A stretch of DNA of 57,413 bases, the filler included, from Catajapyx aquilonaris (lineage: Eukaryota), in NCBI GenBank assembly GCA_000934665.2. It is 3 parts of 3 records of this genome, joined end to end, with 100 filler letters (N's around TTAATTAATTAA, not from the genome) between each part and the next. Parts side by side here need not be neighbours in the genome. Positions count along the whole stretch, not along the records: positions 38,344 to 57,413 come from JYFJ02006539.1; 2 more parts are not named here. The stretch is one strand, 5' to 3'. The position numbers were made by a program, and so were the translations under genes. Shown here piece after piece: positions 38,876-51,925 of this stretch (position 1 is its first letter; each line of letters opens with the position of its first letter). Under the pieces are notes generated by a model. It worked only from the letters and a program-made list of their open reading frames with translations. It searched no databases and was not told the origin of the DNA.

Positions 38876-39779
38876 CAGGAGCGTTCTCTTCAAATATGAA
38901 TAGCAATTTAAATTTCTTGCACAAACAACAATGCATGTGCGGAAGCTGTACCCATTGGGTGATGCTGTGGAATGTGTACAACATTTTAGCTATCTTCGAG
39001 CCATGAGGGTGCAGTTCAGTAAAAGTGGGAGCTATGACTGAAGCAGAGGTTTATCCGCGAGTGGAACAATGCATTATAATCATATTTCTGACCAGGGAAG
39101 GATTGAGACCATCTGATATTTGCACCCGACTTAATGGACAGTGTGGTGAAGACATGTTGTCAGGAAGAAGAATTTATACTTGGAGTAAGGACTTCAAAGA
39201 GGGACCAGAACTCATTGAGAACAAACAGCATCCCTGGCTCGATGAAGGCAGAGAATGCTTCCCAAGTATGTTGATGAGCTCATTTTGTGATGATCGACGG
39301 ATTTCTGTGAGTGATATTGCTTCCAATTTGAACATCAGCGTTGGAAGTGTGGACACCATTATCAGAAACCAACTGAAATATCACGGGGAGAAAGCCCGAG
39401 TTCCATGCTCTTCCTGCAAGACAATGCACGTCCACATGTTGCTGCCCATATGATGGTGATGATGCAAAATCTTAAGAGGCTGTTCTCCCTCATCCCCCAT
39501 GCAGTCCTGATCTCGCCTCGTTGGACTTGCCTCTGTTCAGATCTCTGAACGTGTTTTGGAGAGCGAGAAAGTTCTCTAGTATTGAGATCAGCCAGATTGT
39601 TCCAGAGTGGGTTCTTCAGGCTAAAGGCATTTTTTACATGGAAGACAGAAGCTACCTGAACTATGGCACGAGTGCATTGTAAAGCAGGGGGACTGGGTTG
39701 AATGATGATATGACCAATGTAGGTCGTTTTTTCTTCTTCTGAAATTAGCAAATTGCTGTTCATATTTGTACGCTCCTTG
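38876..39779 (+). mobile_element. Mariner transposon, internally deleted
   Basis: TA-flanked imperfect TIRs CAGGAGCGT..CAAATATGAATAGCAATTT / AAATTGCTGTTCATATTTGTACGCTCCTTG; HTH EQCIIIIFLTREG..IYTWSKDFKEG; PHPPCSPDLA near 39490; catalytic region missing. Confidence 0.9.
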
Positions 39780-40206
39780 TACATTGCATTTTCCTAGCAT
39801 CCCATAATTATAGGGAACATGGCCATTTTCTCCGAAAGAAGCATTCAGAACATGTTTTATCGCAATATTGGTTTTTTGGGGAACTACCAAGAACGAATAA
39901 AAATTAAAATATTTTAAAAACTCAGCAAAAAATGTTTTCTGGCATGTCTGCGTTAATCATTCATGTGACAGATAATGGAACTGGGTAATTCCACCATAAC
40001 TGACGCAACACTTGGAAGGGATTCATGCTGTACTTATATTGATAGCAATGGCAAATGTTAATGGAAAAGGAATTTAAAATTATTCCCATGTGGCTGCCTC
40101 CTGGTAGCTTATTGCCATATTTTTAGAATTTCACAACAGTAACTGGAATGTACAATGTAAAATATTAATTTAATGTAACTGACGGCAACATGAAAAAGAC
40201 AAGCTC

Positions 40207-40571
40207 TTTGGGGGGTGCTGTAGTGACGTGAAACCCTGTGAGTTGAATGTGTTTAGAAGTAATGTTACAACTAATATGTTATGTACTCCTCAGGAGCAAT
40301 TTTGTGATTATTTTAGACCACACCTATTCATGTTCATGTTTTCAGGAGAAATTAGGATGAACGTATCTGACGCAACAAATATTTGAAAGTTGAGTCAGTT
40401 ACGACTATTATATACTTGACTATATTCCATGGCTCTGCCACTGTCTGGTAGCAGAATGTTGCTACACCTACTTCATCTGACATAATGACATCTGCTTTCA
40501 ATAAGCCATCTACCACCCCACAATATGCAATGTCATCATTTTGGACCATGTCTCTGTTCCCTTGGAATTAC
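40207..40571 (+). repeat. Direct repeat, paralogue of 48003-48690 lacking the hairpin insertion
   Basis: GACGTGAAACCCTGTGAG...TTTTAGACCACACCTATTC...CATGTCTCTGTTCC shared with 48010-48680. Confidence 0.85.
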
Positions 40572-40875
40572 CAATCTACATATATTGCTTATTGTCTACT
40601 ACTTATGTACTAATCACTAATGGGATCATCTCAGATGTGCAGGAAACCTTGCCCTGTTGTTGCCACTTTGCCCCACTTACCTCTGCCACCACTCAAATGA
40701 TCCCATCTGTTTTCTGTACTTCCTTCCCCTCAATTCAAGAAATGGGTTGTCCAAGTTAGTTGAACTGAGTTGTTCTGAAGTGATTTCGAGCATTCGTTCA
40801 CAACAGCCAGAATCCCAACTCAGGAAGTAATTGGGTCCTTCTTGCAATCATCTAACTTACTTGCCATTTTCTCAG

Positions 40876-41005
40876 GCATGGTTGGTGCTTGTGGCTGTCC
40901 AAGGATAAGGTGCCAAAGGGCAAGAACCTGAGACACTTGATATATAGTGTGGAGCACTGTAGGATGCAACAACTGGACCGGCTCCGGGAGAATTACCATA
41001 GCCAG
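40876..41005 (+). CDS. Internal exon of host LRR/Ig membrane-protein-like gene (cytoplasmic tail)
   Basis: Acceptor TTTTCTCAG at 40875, donor at 41006; HGWCLWLSKDKVPKGKNLRHLIYSVEHCRMQQLDRLRENYHSQ. Confidence 0.75.
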
Positions 41006-41095
41006 GTTGGAAACATGATTTTTTATTTTAAATTCATATATGTTAGTACAACACTCCTGTTTGTGCATCTCTCACACATGCTATTTGACTCGCAG

Positions 41096-41590
41096 GTGCA
41101 GCGAATCCGGGAGAATTTTGCTCAGCAGGTGGAGCGCATCCGGGACTCATATCAGTCCCAGGTGCAGCACCTGCGAGACTTCCGCAACTATGGAACCCAG
41201 CAGCTGACCCTGTACCGGCAGCAGTACCAAGAGCAGGTGAAACGAGTTAGAGGTTACTCCGTGGGCCAGCTGGGCCGAGTAAGGGAGAACTACATCTACC
41301 AGCGAAACCGGGTGAGAAAGTTCAGTGCTGATCAGTTCATCCGCCTGAGAGAGACATACAAGTTCCAGCAGCAGACACTGGTCAAGATCATTGAGAACTT
41401 CCCTGTCCTGTACCTTGACAACTGCAGGAATGGAATGTGTAGAAGGACGGAGTCAGTCGTGTTTGACGAGGTCAAGGTGGACGTGGACATCGAGATCACA
41501 CCCAAGCAACATTGTGGTAGTTCTACACAGGAAGTAGGGGCATCAATGTCTGAGTATTACACTCCAACAGGGGGACACTCACAGTGTTGA
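41096..41590 (+). CDS. Following (possibly last) exon of the same host gene
   Basis: After a 90-nt in-frame GT-AG intron: VQRIRENFAQQVERIRDSY...VRENYIYQRNRVRKFSADQFIRLRETYKFQQQTL, recalled as the conserved tail of insect Ig/LRR proteins (IGLR-2-like). Confidence 0.75.
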   Translation: MQRIRENFAQQVERIRDSYQSQVQHLRDFRNYGTQQLTLYRQQYQEQVKRVRGYSVGQLGRVRENYIYQRNRVRKFSADQFIRLRETYKFQQQTLVKIIENFPVLYLDNCRNGMCRRTESVVFDEVKVDVDIEITPKQHCGSSTQEVGASMSEYYTPTGGHSQC

Positions 41591-43772
41591 CCCTCATTTT
41601 GAGGGATGGAGGTTAGGGTGATATAAGTTGTCAAAGTGGCTGTAATAGCCTGTTTAATGCTCATAGTTGGCATGCCAGCCTCTAGCTGTGTTGGCACTGC
41701 AGTCACTAATTTTCTCTGACCTTGCTTATTTCAAGACCACCATTAGGTGGAAGTCTAGATGTCAGAAGGTAGACGGGTTCATTTGAGTTTTTTTTTTTAA
41801 GTGTTAAACATCCAGGTGCATCTATAATGCTAATTTTATCATTCTAGTGTTGAATTGGAGTACTGTAGAAGGAAATAACATGCCAAGACACGCAAAATGT
41901 TGCACAAATAGACCTATCCCACGTTGGACTAAAATAATTTGTGCATGGAACTTGATTCTAGTGACTGGTACAGACAGCCCCCTCACACTCCTCTAATACG
42001 GTAGTGTAATATCTGTGTCCCATTGTTCGCTAAGACGCCATCTTGTGCAAGGTGCAACACCTGTGGTAGGTAGCGGGTAGTCTGCCGCGATTGGCTAGGA
42101 TCTTTCTTTCCTTCCACAGACTTACCACTGGAGTGCACCTTGAAAAAGATGGCGGATAGTGACTGCTGGAGCGCCGCCAGCGCCAAAATCAGGGCCTGGT
42201 GGAGACACGCGAATTAAACTACCGTATCCATACAGCTAGGGGGGAAGTGACAGGGGTCTGGATACAGGTAAAACTTCTTGCCATTCCATTTTGGGAATAA
42301 AGAGGCTGTTATGTATGACACATAGGCTGTGGCTTTGAACAACGAATGCAGGAAGCTTCTGAAGTAGGGTCCTGCCAGGTGCCACGAAGTCCTTAAGATG
42401 TACCACCTAAACTTTCTCTCTGGAATGCCAACTATGTGTGATTGTATGCAAAGGACTTGACCATTTGCAATGGTGCCTTGACCATATTTAGAAGGAGGGG
42501 TAATTTTATGTACACCCTCCACTGGTCTACAGAGCACATTAGAGCACTATTTCATTCTGTTCCTGTTCCAGTGATCAGAAGCTAGCCATTCTGTTTTCTT
42601 CTATACCGAATATGCATATCCATGCATGCAGGTGAACTTTCCTAGGTGTACAGTCTATTAACTTGAGAGAGGATTGTGAAGCTAGAGATGTGAGGCTTTA
42701 TCCCAGAACACTACTATGATTCAGACAACAACAGAAACAATTAATTGGCACACCATTGCTACTTTTTAAGGCTTGTCTTCATGTGTATTATTACCCCCTA
42801 ATACCTAACTGAAGGAAGGATGCGGGATAGTTCCATATAGTGGGGAGCAGGGAAATTGGATGTACAGCATATTGTAAGGATTAGTTTTGAAGTCAGAAGG
42901 TAGAGGAACCAGAAGTAGTACATACTGCATGCATGAGTTTATTTATTTATTTGTTTGTTTTTAAACCTGGAAGTGGGCATTGTCAAATGTTATGATATTT
43001 TACAATATTTAAGGGAGAAAAATGCTAGCTGCAAGCCAATACTGCCCTATAACTGACCTAGAGGATCAAGATGACCCAGTATTATTGTTGTTAAGTAACT
43101 ACAGAACCAAGAAAGCATTGGGTTATGGGAATACTTTTTTGATATTTGCTCAATTTTTTTGTACAAAGCATGGAAAGTAATGGATTGAAGTAACTTGGAA
43201 CTGCAATTTACGGGCTTTTAACCCTTTGACTGCGAGGTTTTTTGGGTTTCTTTTCTTTTCTTGGCCAAAATTTGTAGTAGGAGTGATATTAATGATAAAC
43301 AATATGATCCAATATTAATCATTTTAACTCGTGGTGGTCCTTTTGAATGTTAAATTCTGGAAAAATTCATCTACAGGGTGTTCCAGAAAAAAAATTAAAT
43401 TGCAATTAACTTTAAACTTAATTAAATTTATTTAAATTTTTAAAGTCACCATAATATAATACTTGGAAAATGTAAAATGAAATTTGGAAAAGTTCCGAAA
43501 AACATATATGTCCTGAATAACCATGCATGTTACATATTATATGAAAGCCCTCTTCATTGGCTTTAAAATGAGACCATTGCCAGCTCTGTTTCTGGAATTG
43601 TTCTCCGGGAAACCGTATTTAAAGGTTTGTAGGTGAGCGGTTTTTGGGAGGTTTACCAATTATTGAACATTCCAAAACTCAAAAACCGATGGCAGGAAAA
43701 ATTTAAAAAATATATTTCTGTCCATGTCAGATGGGAAGGAACAGGTATCCCAAAAATTAGCCTAATCCATGG

Positions 43773-46700
43773 TAGTCCAGTCACTTTAGGTTTTTCCTTC
43801 GGACTAATTAATACCCAAGGTTTTGCTTCACACAGAGCTTTGTTATGTCATTCTAAGTAAATCCTCAAAAGTACCCGACTCTCCCCTGTACGCGTCATGA
43901 GTTATTGGCTCAAGAAGTACATAGGTGACACTCGCCGTGGAATTGGCTATAAGATCTAAACTACTCGTCCGATTTTGCTCGGATTACTCTTAAAATGTTC
44001 CCACGTGGATGTAGAACGTGACTATCAGGTCATCATACCGCCTGCAGGTCAAGGTCACCGTGAAAACGCCCGCCAAGTTTGAATTTTCTCCTTGCACTTT
44101 TGAAAACATGAAAATAATCCGTTCCGCACAGCAGACTCGACAAAATGTGTAGGATGAGAAATGTTTCCGCGCATTCTCATCTTTAAAACGATATCCCTGG
44201 CATATTTGTGCAATCATCTGTTAAAAAACTGTCAAAATATTTGATAGCGCGGTGCCATCGTGCTATAGTCTAAGCGGTACACTAGGAAAAATGGTAAAAT
44301 GCTGCAAATTCTTGCAGAAACCAAACCACTTTGCACATATACATTCCACAGACTAACACGATCAATTTGACCCGCAGCACCCTCACCCTTGACCTTGTGG
44401 GGTCAAAATGGTGGCCCTTTTGGAAAAAAATATCATATATTCTTTCAAAATTCCAAATTGCCTCTCCATGGCAATGTTGGTATCATTTCCGCATAATTCG
44501 AGGTCACGAAGACGATTGGTAACATGCAGGAGGTCATAAGGTCACTAGTTTGTGACCTATGACCCCCGTTTCCTAAGGAAAACCTCAAAAGTCCTCGACA
44601 TTCGGCTGGGGGTGGAAAGGGCGGACGCGGTGGAAAGGGGGTAAATCGTCAGTTCGTTACTTAGGTATACTACACCGGATCCGGATCTTCAAAACTCAGC
44701 AAAGGTCATCTCTGTATGTGTTACAGTTTTTGAATAAAAAAATACGCGCCATGACTTTTGAATAAACTCTCGTATATTCCCAAGTTGGGTGGAGTTAGTA
44801 GATATAATATAAGCTACAAAGACATAAAAGACGAATTCCAGAGAGTAAGCTATTTTAACATAGACCTGCCAATATCCCATATTCGGTTGTTAGCAAATTT
44901 GCGAAATAACTCCTGCTATAAAATTAAAACAAAACGAGCAGCTTAAAATAGAATCAGAGGAACAGTGTGTTTGGTGCAATTGGCAGGTTAACTGTTCAAT
45001 TTTTCGTATAATTTACGAATCCCCCTTGTTCGTTCCTCCAAGACGGAAATACCTGTTTGATATACCTAAATTTCCACCTGACCAGATCTTGATGCTCTTT
45101 ACAAATAGCCAAAAACCATATTGTTCTCCTTTTTTCAAAACGTGATCAAAATTGTAAATATAAATGGGCATTAATGACCACACATACCGAACTTGTATGT
45201 AATACATATGTGGCTGTGTCCCCCAAAACGAGCCAAAGGCTCGAACACGGGCTAAATTAAATTAAATTAAATAAAAAATAAAAAGTTGGGTGGAGTTCGA
45301 GCTGTCATGATCACCATTAGATCAACATCCTCCCCAACAATAACAGTAGCATCTTCATTTGTTTTCGCAATCATGAGTGCTGTTTCAACAATTAGAACAT
45401 CAGCATCATCCTTTGCTTGCTTTACACATATATTGACGGCTTTGAATTTTTCAGTCAGCAAACAAATCAGCCTACTTTTGTTCTTTGCGTTGGCGAGGAA
45501 TTTTTCTTGACTTACGGTTGCAGTCATGTTTTCATCAAAAGCTTTCTCCGTTGATCCTGCTTTGGAGCATCGCCGGAGTTGCTCCATGGTTTTGACCTTG
45601 GTTTCACACACTTCTCAGGATTAGCATAACCATCAAATACGATGACAGTGCTTTGACAGTTGTGTTTTTCGACATACCGCACATACTTGTCACAAATCAC
45701 CCTGAAAGAATCGTTTTGATACCACACCACGCGATGAAGAAGGTACCCTCCATCAATAACGTGCTTTGAGCTTCCAAAATCAGGCATAACATCTACGGGT
45801 TTAAAGCTCTGGAACAAAGATGCCTTGGTTGTTTTCCTCATTCCTATATCATTGAAAAGAACGATTGGGTAAGGAGCCAGTTCAAGCTTCAAACTGCACG
45901 ATGCCTCCTTACATATTTGAGGACTTCATGAGGGACTGTTCGATTACCATGCCACTTGAAGTCCCACAAAAAAAATTGTCCGATCGCTTGATTGTGAAAA
46001 AATCAGCACATTGGGCTTTCCAATTTTTCCATGTCTTGTATAAACAACTGGGCACTTTTAGTGTACAAAAAATGTCCTGCTGCATGGAAATATGGAAACA
46101 TCCTCTTCATTGCAGTCAAATATGGCAGCAAATATGCATACAAACGATTCCCGAAGGACGGGTTATAGTATTCCTATCCTATACCATAACAAGACATGAA
46201 AAATCTGTACACCTACTTTATTTTCCACATTGTGTGTGACAAACTAGTGACCTTATGACCTCCTGCATGTTACCAATCGTCTTCGCGACCTCGAATTATG
46301 CGGAAATGATACCAACATTGCCATGGAGAGGCAATTTGGAATTTTGAAAGAATATATGATATTTTTTTCCAAAAGGGCCACCATTTTGAACCCACAAGGT
46401 CAAGGGTGAGGGTGCTGCGGGTCAAATTGATCGTGTTAGTCTGTGGAACGTATATGTGCAAAGTGGTTTGGTTTCTGCAAGAATTTGCAGCATTTTACCG
46501 TTTTTCCTAGTGTACCGCTTAGACTATAGCACGATGGTACCGCGCTATCAAATATTTTGACAGTTTTTTAACAGATGATTGCACAAATATGCCAGGGATA
46601 TCGTTTTAAAGATGAGAATGTGCGGAAACATTTCTCGTCCTACACATTTTGTCGATTCCGCTGTTTGTAACGGATTATTTTCATGTTTTCAAAAGTGCAA

Positions 46701-47020
46701 GGAGAAAATTCAAACTTGGCGGGCATTATCACGGTGACCTTGACCTGTAGGCGGTATGATGACCTGATAATCACGTTCTACATCCACGAGGGAACATTTT
46801 GAGAGCAATCCGAGCAAAATCGGACGAGTAGTTTAGATCTTATAGCCAATTCCACGGCAAGTGTCACTTATGTACTTCATGAGCCAAAAACACATGACAC
46901 GTACAGGGGAGAGTCGGGGACTTTTGAGGATTTACTTAGAATGACATAACAAAGCTCTGTGTGAAGCAAAACCTTGGGTATTAATTAGTCCGAAGAAACG
47001 CCCCTAAAGTTACTGGACTA
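43773..47020 (-). mobile_element. AcademX DNA transposon, internally deleted, with ~780-bp TIRs
   Basis: TIRs 43773-44553 and 46239-47020, TAG...CTA termini, 3-bp TSD TGG. Internal MFPYFHAAGHFLYTKSA, KRSDNFFCG..MVIEQSLM, and XPG/PIN-like VIDGGYLLH, VFDGY, DDADVLIV, GEDVDL. Confidence 0.88.
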
Positions 47021-47573
47021 TGGCATCAAAATCCAAAACTTATTATTTATTTGATGATTTGACATGGACTGACCCAAAAGATCTCATGGTTGATAAAAAG
47101 CACTTCTTAGGTCTCGTTGAAGTGATGGTTGCTTGATGATTCTCTGTAGTGAAATAAAAGGACTCCAATACTGGGCCTACCCTCAACTGCTGGAGTAAAT
47201 TCTGAAGGTCTGAATAGGTCATGTGTTAATTTGCAGAGGATACACACCTACATTAGAAATGTGTATTTTGGTATTATCCTGTGGTGCCATTAAGGCAGCA
47301 ATGAGGTCAGCAGCAGTTAATCCTAATAAATTATGGGCAATATCTTTTGTCATCAACTGTATTAACTAGTCATAATTTACACTTTCTTTCCTGCAGATGC
47401 AATTTTAGTGTTGTCAAGTACTTGTACTTAGCAACAATACTGGCGCATGACATACCTGACAGAATGTGTAGCAGTTGTGGGTTTTATTATTGGAGAGGGT
47501 CTCATGCAAGATTGTGCATTTGAGGATTTTCATTTCAAAACACAACTTGCCAACCAATGCACAATTTTACCTA

Positions 47574-48010
47574 CAGGGTCATCGGAAAAAAAATGCGCAT
47601 ATTTTAAAACCCTATAACTCGAAGACTTGTAGACATATCTTAGTCATTTAAGTTTTGAAATGCTAAGAAAGGTCTAGAATTTTGGTCTCACTTTAGTTTG
47701 TTTCAATATGAGCTTTGTTTGTCGCTCGGCAGATTTTAAAGGAGGTATTTGGTCTTGTGCCAAACCCACTTAATCATATCTGGAGTTACTGTTGTGATCC
47801 TATCCATAGGTGCTGGATATGATGGGTCTCGACACCACACATATTGTTCTTGATGATGCACATAAAATGTCGCCTCATCCATGAAACAAACCTGCCGTAG
47901 GAAAGTTTCATTTGTTCGGCGTCCCAATATGCCACGTCTTGAATGAGAAGTTTCTCAATGCCTAGCCCCAACAGAAGCCCAGATCTTACCCCGATTGACT
48001 TTTTTGGGGG
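47574..48010. mobile_element. Rearranged Tc1/mariner relic
   Basis: TA+CAGGGT terminus; FMDEATF on the minus strand; RSPDLTPIDFF on the plus strand at ~47972-48006. Confidence 0.65.
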
Positions 48011-48111
48011 GACGTGAAACCCTGTGAGCTAAATGGGTTTAGAAGTAATGTTACAACTGATATGGTGATCTACACTGGAGGAGCAATTTTGTGATTATTT
48101 TAGACCACGCC

Positions 48112-48442
48112 AGTAGTATGGAAAACACTGGTCCCAGCACAGTGCTGGTACCAAAACACTGGTCCCAGCACAATACCCGTATATATTTGACTAGAGGCCC
48201 CCACCAGAGGATATAACGTCTTTTACGGCAATTAAACGACTATTTTAACGTTAATTGAGCGTCAAGATTTAACTATAATGATATCATCGAGACATTTAAA
48301 AGTCGTGAAATTAACGTAAAAGTCGTTACAATAATGCCAGGATCCTCTGGAGGGGACCTCTAGTCAAATATATACGGGTATTGCGCTGGGACCAGTGTTT
48401 TGGTACCAGCACTGTGCTGGGACCAGTGTTTTCCATACTACT
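48112..48442. mobile_element. Palindromic non-autonomous element with Polinton/Maverick-like ends
   Basis: Arms AGTAGTATGGAAAACACTGGTCCCAGCAC... / ...GTGCTGGGACCAGTGTTTTCCATACTACT; 6-bp TSD CACGCC at 48106-48111 and 48443-48448. Confidence 0.8.
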
Positions 48443-49356
48443 CACGCCTATTCCTGTTCATGTTTTCAGGAGAAATTAGGATGAACGTAACTGACACAAC
48501 AAACAGTCGAAAGTTGAGTCAGTTACGACTATTATATCTTGACTATTCCATGGCTCTGCTGCTGTCTGATAGCAGAATGTTGCTACACCTACTTCAACTA
48601 ACATAATGACATAATGATCTGCTTTCAATAAGCCATCTACCTCCCCACAATATGCAGCATTGGATCATGTCTCTGTTCCTGTTGAATTACCCTCTATTTG
48701 AGGTTAAAAGGAGGGTGGTAGAGGTAAGATTTCAAAATGATCTCCTTCACAAAATATGCTTAAAATACATTTCGTGGCATTTTGCATTAATCTAGAGTAA
48801 AGATTATCTAGCTATTTTTGCTTTCCTGACACGTGAGTAGGGCATAGAAATGAATATATTTCCCCACTTGAGTGTTTATTGCACTGCATTGACACTAAAT
48901 GGCAAGGCAGCCAAACCAGCAGTACAGTTCGATTATGTTGCAAAAAAGTTGAAAGCCTAACCTTCTCCATACCAGTCCTCACCCTGCCAGATCCAACCAC
49001 ATAATCCTGTTGCTACATGTGTAGCGGAAACAAGAGACACAAGTGCGAATAATCAGCCTGCAGCATTGCTGAAGGTGCCATTACGTAAACATTGTGCAGG
49101 CATCAAAATAATGAAATTCATTTGTATCATGGGTTCATTGTAAAATTATGCAAAGATTGCTCACATGGCAGTTATGGTACCTCTATGGATTTATACCCTT
49201 TTTTTGAGCTTATATGCTTGCAAAAGGACTAAGCTTACTGTGAAAATTAATAGCTTGAATTATTGTAAGAGCCAGTGCCGGATTTACCCCCCNCCCCCCC
49301 CCGGCCGCCTTAGGCTGTTGAGATCCACTGCCTCCATGCTCACTCCCCCTTCAATT

Positions 49357-50743
49357 GAGGGGTGTGGTGGAAAAACATGATAACTGGCATTTTTGTAATT
49401 TTTGAACTAAACACCTAGCAACTATGTAAAAGACACTTTGGTATACTCAAAGTTCACATATCATGCACGAGACAGCAACACAGCAAGTGTTGTCTGTCAT
49501 GCAGATTCCTTGCAAGTGCTTTGTTCTCAATGTCTGATGATTGTGGGCCAGGTGTAAGACAGCGTCTGTAAGCAAGCCAGGCCAAAAAATCATGACCAGT
49601 TAATACGAGAGTTGACCAGGAAAGAGCAACTGTCACACGAGATGTACATTCAAACTTGTGGACAGTTTGGGAAGAGGTGTAGCTCAGTCTTTGGAGAGAC
49701 AAATGGTATGCATACCGAATATATTAACACACCTTACATCCTTCCAGGTCTGAATACATGGTAAACTCATCTGCCCCTTAACCTTCTGCCCGACGTGTCC
49801 GTGATGTACGGACACTCGCTTTAAATTTTTTTTGCAAAGAATCCATCAATCCTAAAGGAATGAGGTTTTCGGCATATTCACAAGAAAAACCAGAAGAATT
49901 CACCACAAAAATTACATGCTCGAGTGCTTTGTCGGACTTCATCGTATGAAGCCATCTTCCGCTGGCTACAAGGTGGCTATATTGGAAAATGATCTTTGCG
50001 CAGCGATAGAGATTGTATGAAGCTTAGCACAATTATGGGAATTTAGCAATTGATTAGACTGGTTTCTAAGCTGTAGTTTGCATATAATCGTTCTTTGAAC
50101 CCGTAAACTTCACCGCTACGTTTTTTCTGATTCCCGAGTAGCCGCACAGAAATAGTTATAGGTGTTATGCTACGCACAGCCTAGACTATGGGAGCTGCGC
50201 AGTGGACGGGAGCGGCCTTTCAATGCGGTTCAAATGATATACAGGGTGGGCCAACTTCAAGTGTCGTTTTATAACTGCTATTAATAGAAGCGCTTTACGA
50301 TTGACGTAGCAGCGACGTGTAAAATGGCCCACTTCGATGGCACCGAAGTGGGACATTTTACACGTCGCTGCTACGTCATCGCAAAATCACTGCTATTAAT
50401 CGCCATTATAAAACGACACTTGAAGTTGGTCCACCCTGTATGAGGCATAGGGCTAACACGAGCCATTGGTGAGAATGGATTTTTAAATCTACGATTACGT
50501 CATCCATGAGTCATTGAGGCGGAAGTAGCGGCAGAGACTTTTGTTACATCCTGTATCTCCATTATTACAGGAATAAGTGTTCCAAAAGTTATGGACAACA
50601 AGACAGAAAGTCAGGCAATATAATAAAACCCAGTGTTGCAAGTTCAGGTAACCTGCTGATTTGTGACAAGAGTGCAAACTTAAATTCGCTCTCCTGATAA
50701 ATTACTCCTTTGTGGGTTATCTTGTTTTTCCACCACACCCCTC
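49357..50743. mobile_element. Sola-type non-autonomous transposon
   Basis: 28-bp TIR GAGGGGTGTGGTGGAAAAACA(T/A)GATAAC at both ends; 4-bp TSD AATT. Confidence 0.8.
50242..50438. mobile_element. Palindromic Tc1/mariner MITE
   Basis: CAGGGTGGGCCAACTTCAAGTGTCG...CGACACTTGAAGTTGGTCCACCCTG with TA TSD; ends resemble the TIR at 19255. Confidence 0.9.
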
Positions 50744-51169
50744 AATTTTTCCCTTGAGTTCGCACCATTTCATTTAATTCCATTTAAAAATTAATATATC
50801 ACCTTATGGCTGCCCCCTCAGGGCGGCCGCCCTTAGGCTTTTCTGCATTTTTCTGCCTAGTGGCAAATCCGGCGCTGGGAATCCCCCGGAAAAACTTGTT
50901 AATTTTTGAATGATTTCGCCTTTCTTTCCTATTATTGTAGCCTATGTGGAAAATATTTATTGCAACTTGTGGCTGCCCCTAGGGGCCTAGGCAATTGCCT
51001 ACTCTGCCTAACGGTAAATCTGGCTCTGCTTCCAGTCGCGTAATTGATGATGATGATGATGATGAAGATGATAATGGGTTTAGTGCTCTGCCCAATGGTC
51101 ATCCGGCACAGTACCTTTATTTGCTTTGTAGTACAGCTAGTATGATATGGTCCTTTTACCGTAACGCCC

Positions 51170-51405
51170 AGGTACCGCACGCGAAAGGGAAGGTGATAGG
51201 AGGGAAGATCCAGTGCAGTACAGTTGCTTACGTCATTTTGTGCACTCCCCCGGGTGGTTTAGTTTATTGGAAATACCTCCAGAGACGAAGTCAGAGATGG
51301 CCTTAAACTCTGCACGAGTTGAAGGGGGTGTCCCCGGGCGGGATTTAATCCCGGGACCTTAACATCCGTGGGTGCATGCGTTACCGCAGCACCACTCCGC
51401 CTCCC
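51170..51405 (-). mobile_element. tRNA-derived SINE family 2
   Basis: Reverse complement of the 29960-30160 head and core. Confidence 0.75.
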
Positions 51406-51925
51406 TGTAATTATTAATTCTTCTATTACATTTTTTTTTGTATGCCTAAATTTGTCGCCCTAGGCAACTGCGTAGGTTTCCTTGCCGTAAATCCAGTGCC
51501 GGTAAGCGCCTCACATGAATCAAGTAAAATTCATGAAATGAGTTTAAATATTCTGATCCTTATTGTTATGCTGCTTACTTCAGAAATTGAATGTTTAATT
51601 TTTACTTGTTTAGCAACAGAATTGAACTGTACTCCTGGTTTGGTTCTTTGCCCTTTATAACGTCAACTAGCAGGATACCAGTTCTTCACATGGAAATTGG
51701 AGAATGAATTGAATGAATGGTAGAAGTTTGTAAAACCTGCATATTCAGTGAGCTAAGGCTATGGAACTACTACGATAACCCCATTGCTATGGACACATGT
51801 TGCCATGGAAACCTCATTGCTAATGATAACCCTGTTACCTCGAAACCTGTAGAGGGGAGGAGTGGAACAGGGGATGGGGTGGTAGGGGAGAAGGGAAATG
51901 GGACAAACAAACTTTCCCTTTTATA

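Larger units (their letters stand above)
49273..50877. mobile_element. hAT-type non-autonomous element hosting nested insertions
   Basis: CAGTGCCGGATTT ... AAATCCGGCGCTG ends with GCCGCC(C)TTAGGC subterminal motifs; no clean TSD seen. Confidence 0.55.

Noticed and set aside
41860..42570. Degenerate Ingi/Vingi-like LINE 3' end
   Set aside because: Only faint CDC..C-type remnants; not supportable without a search.
48112..48442. CRISPR-like or structured ncRNA array
   Set aside because: The repeats are inverted arms with a TSD in eukaryotic DNA, not repeat-spacer units.
51043..51075. (GAT)n poly-Asp ORF
   Set aside because: Simple microsatellite.
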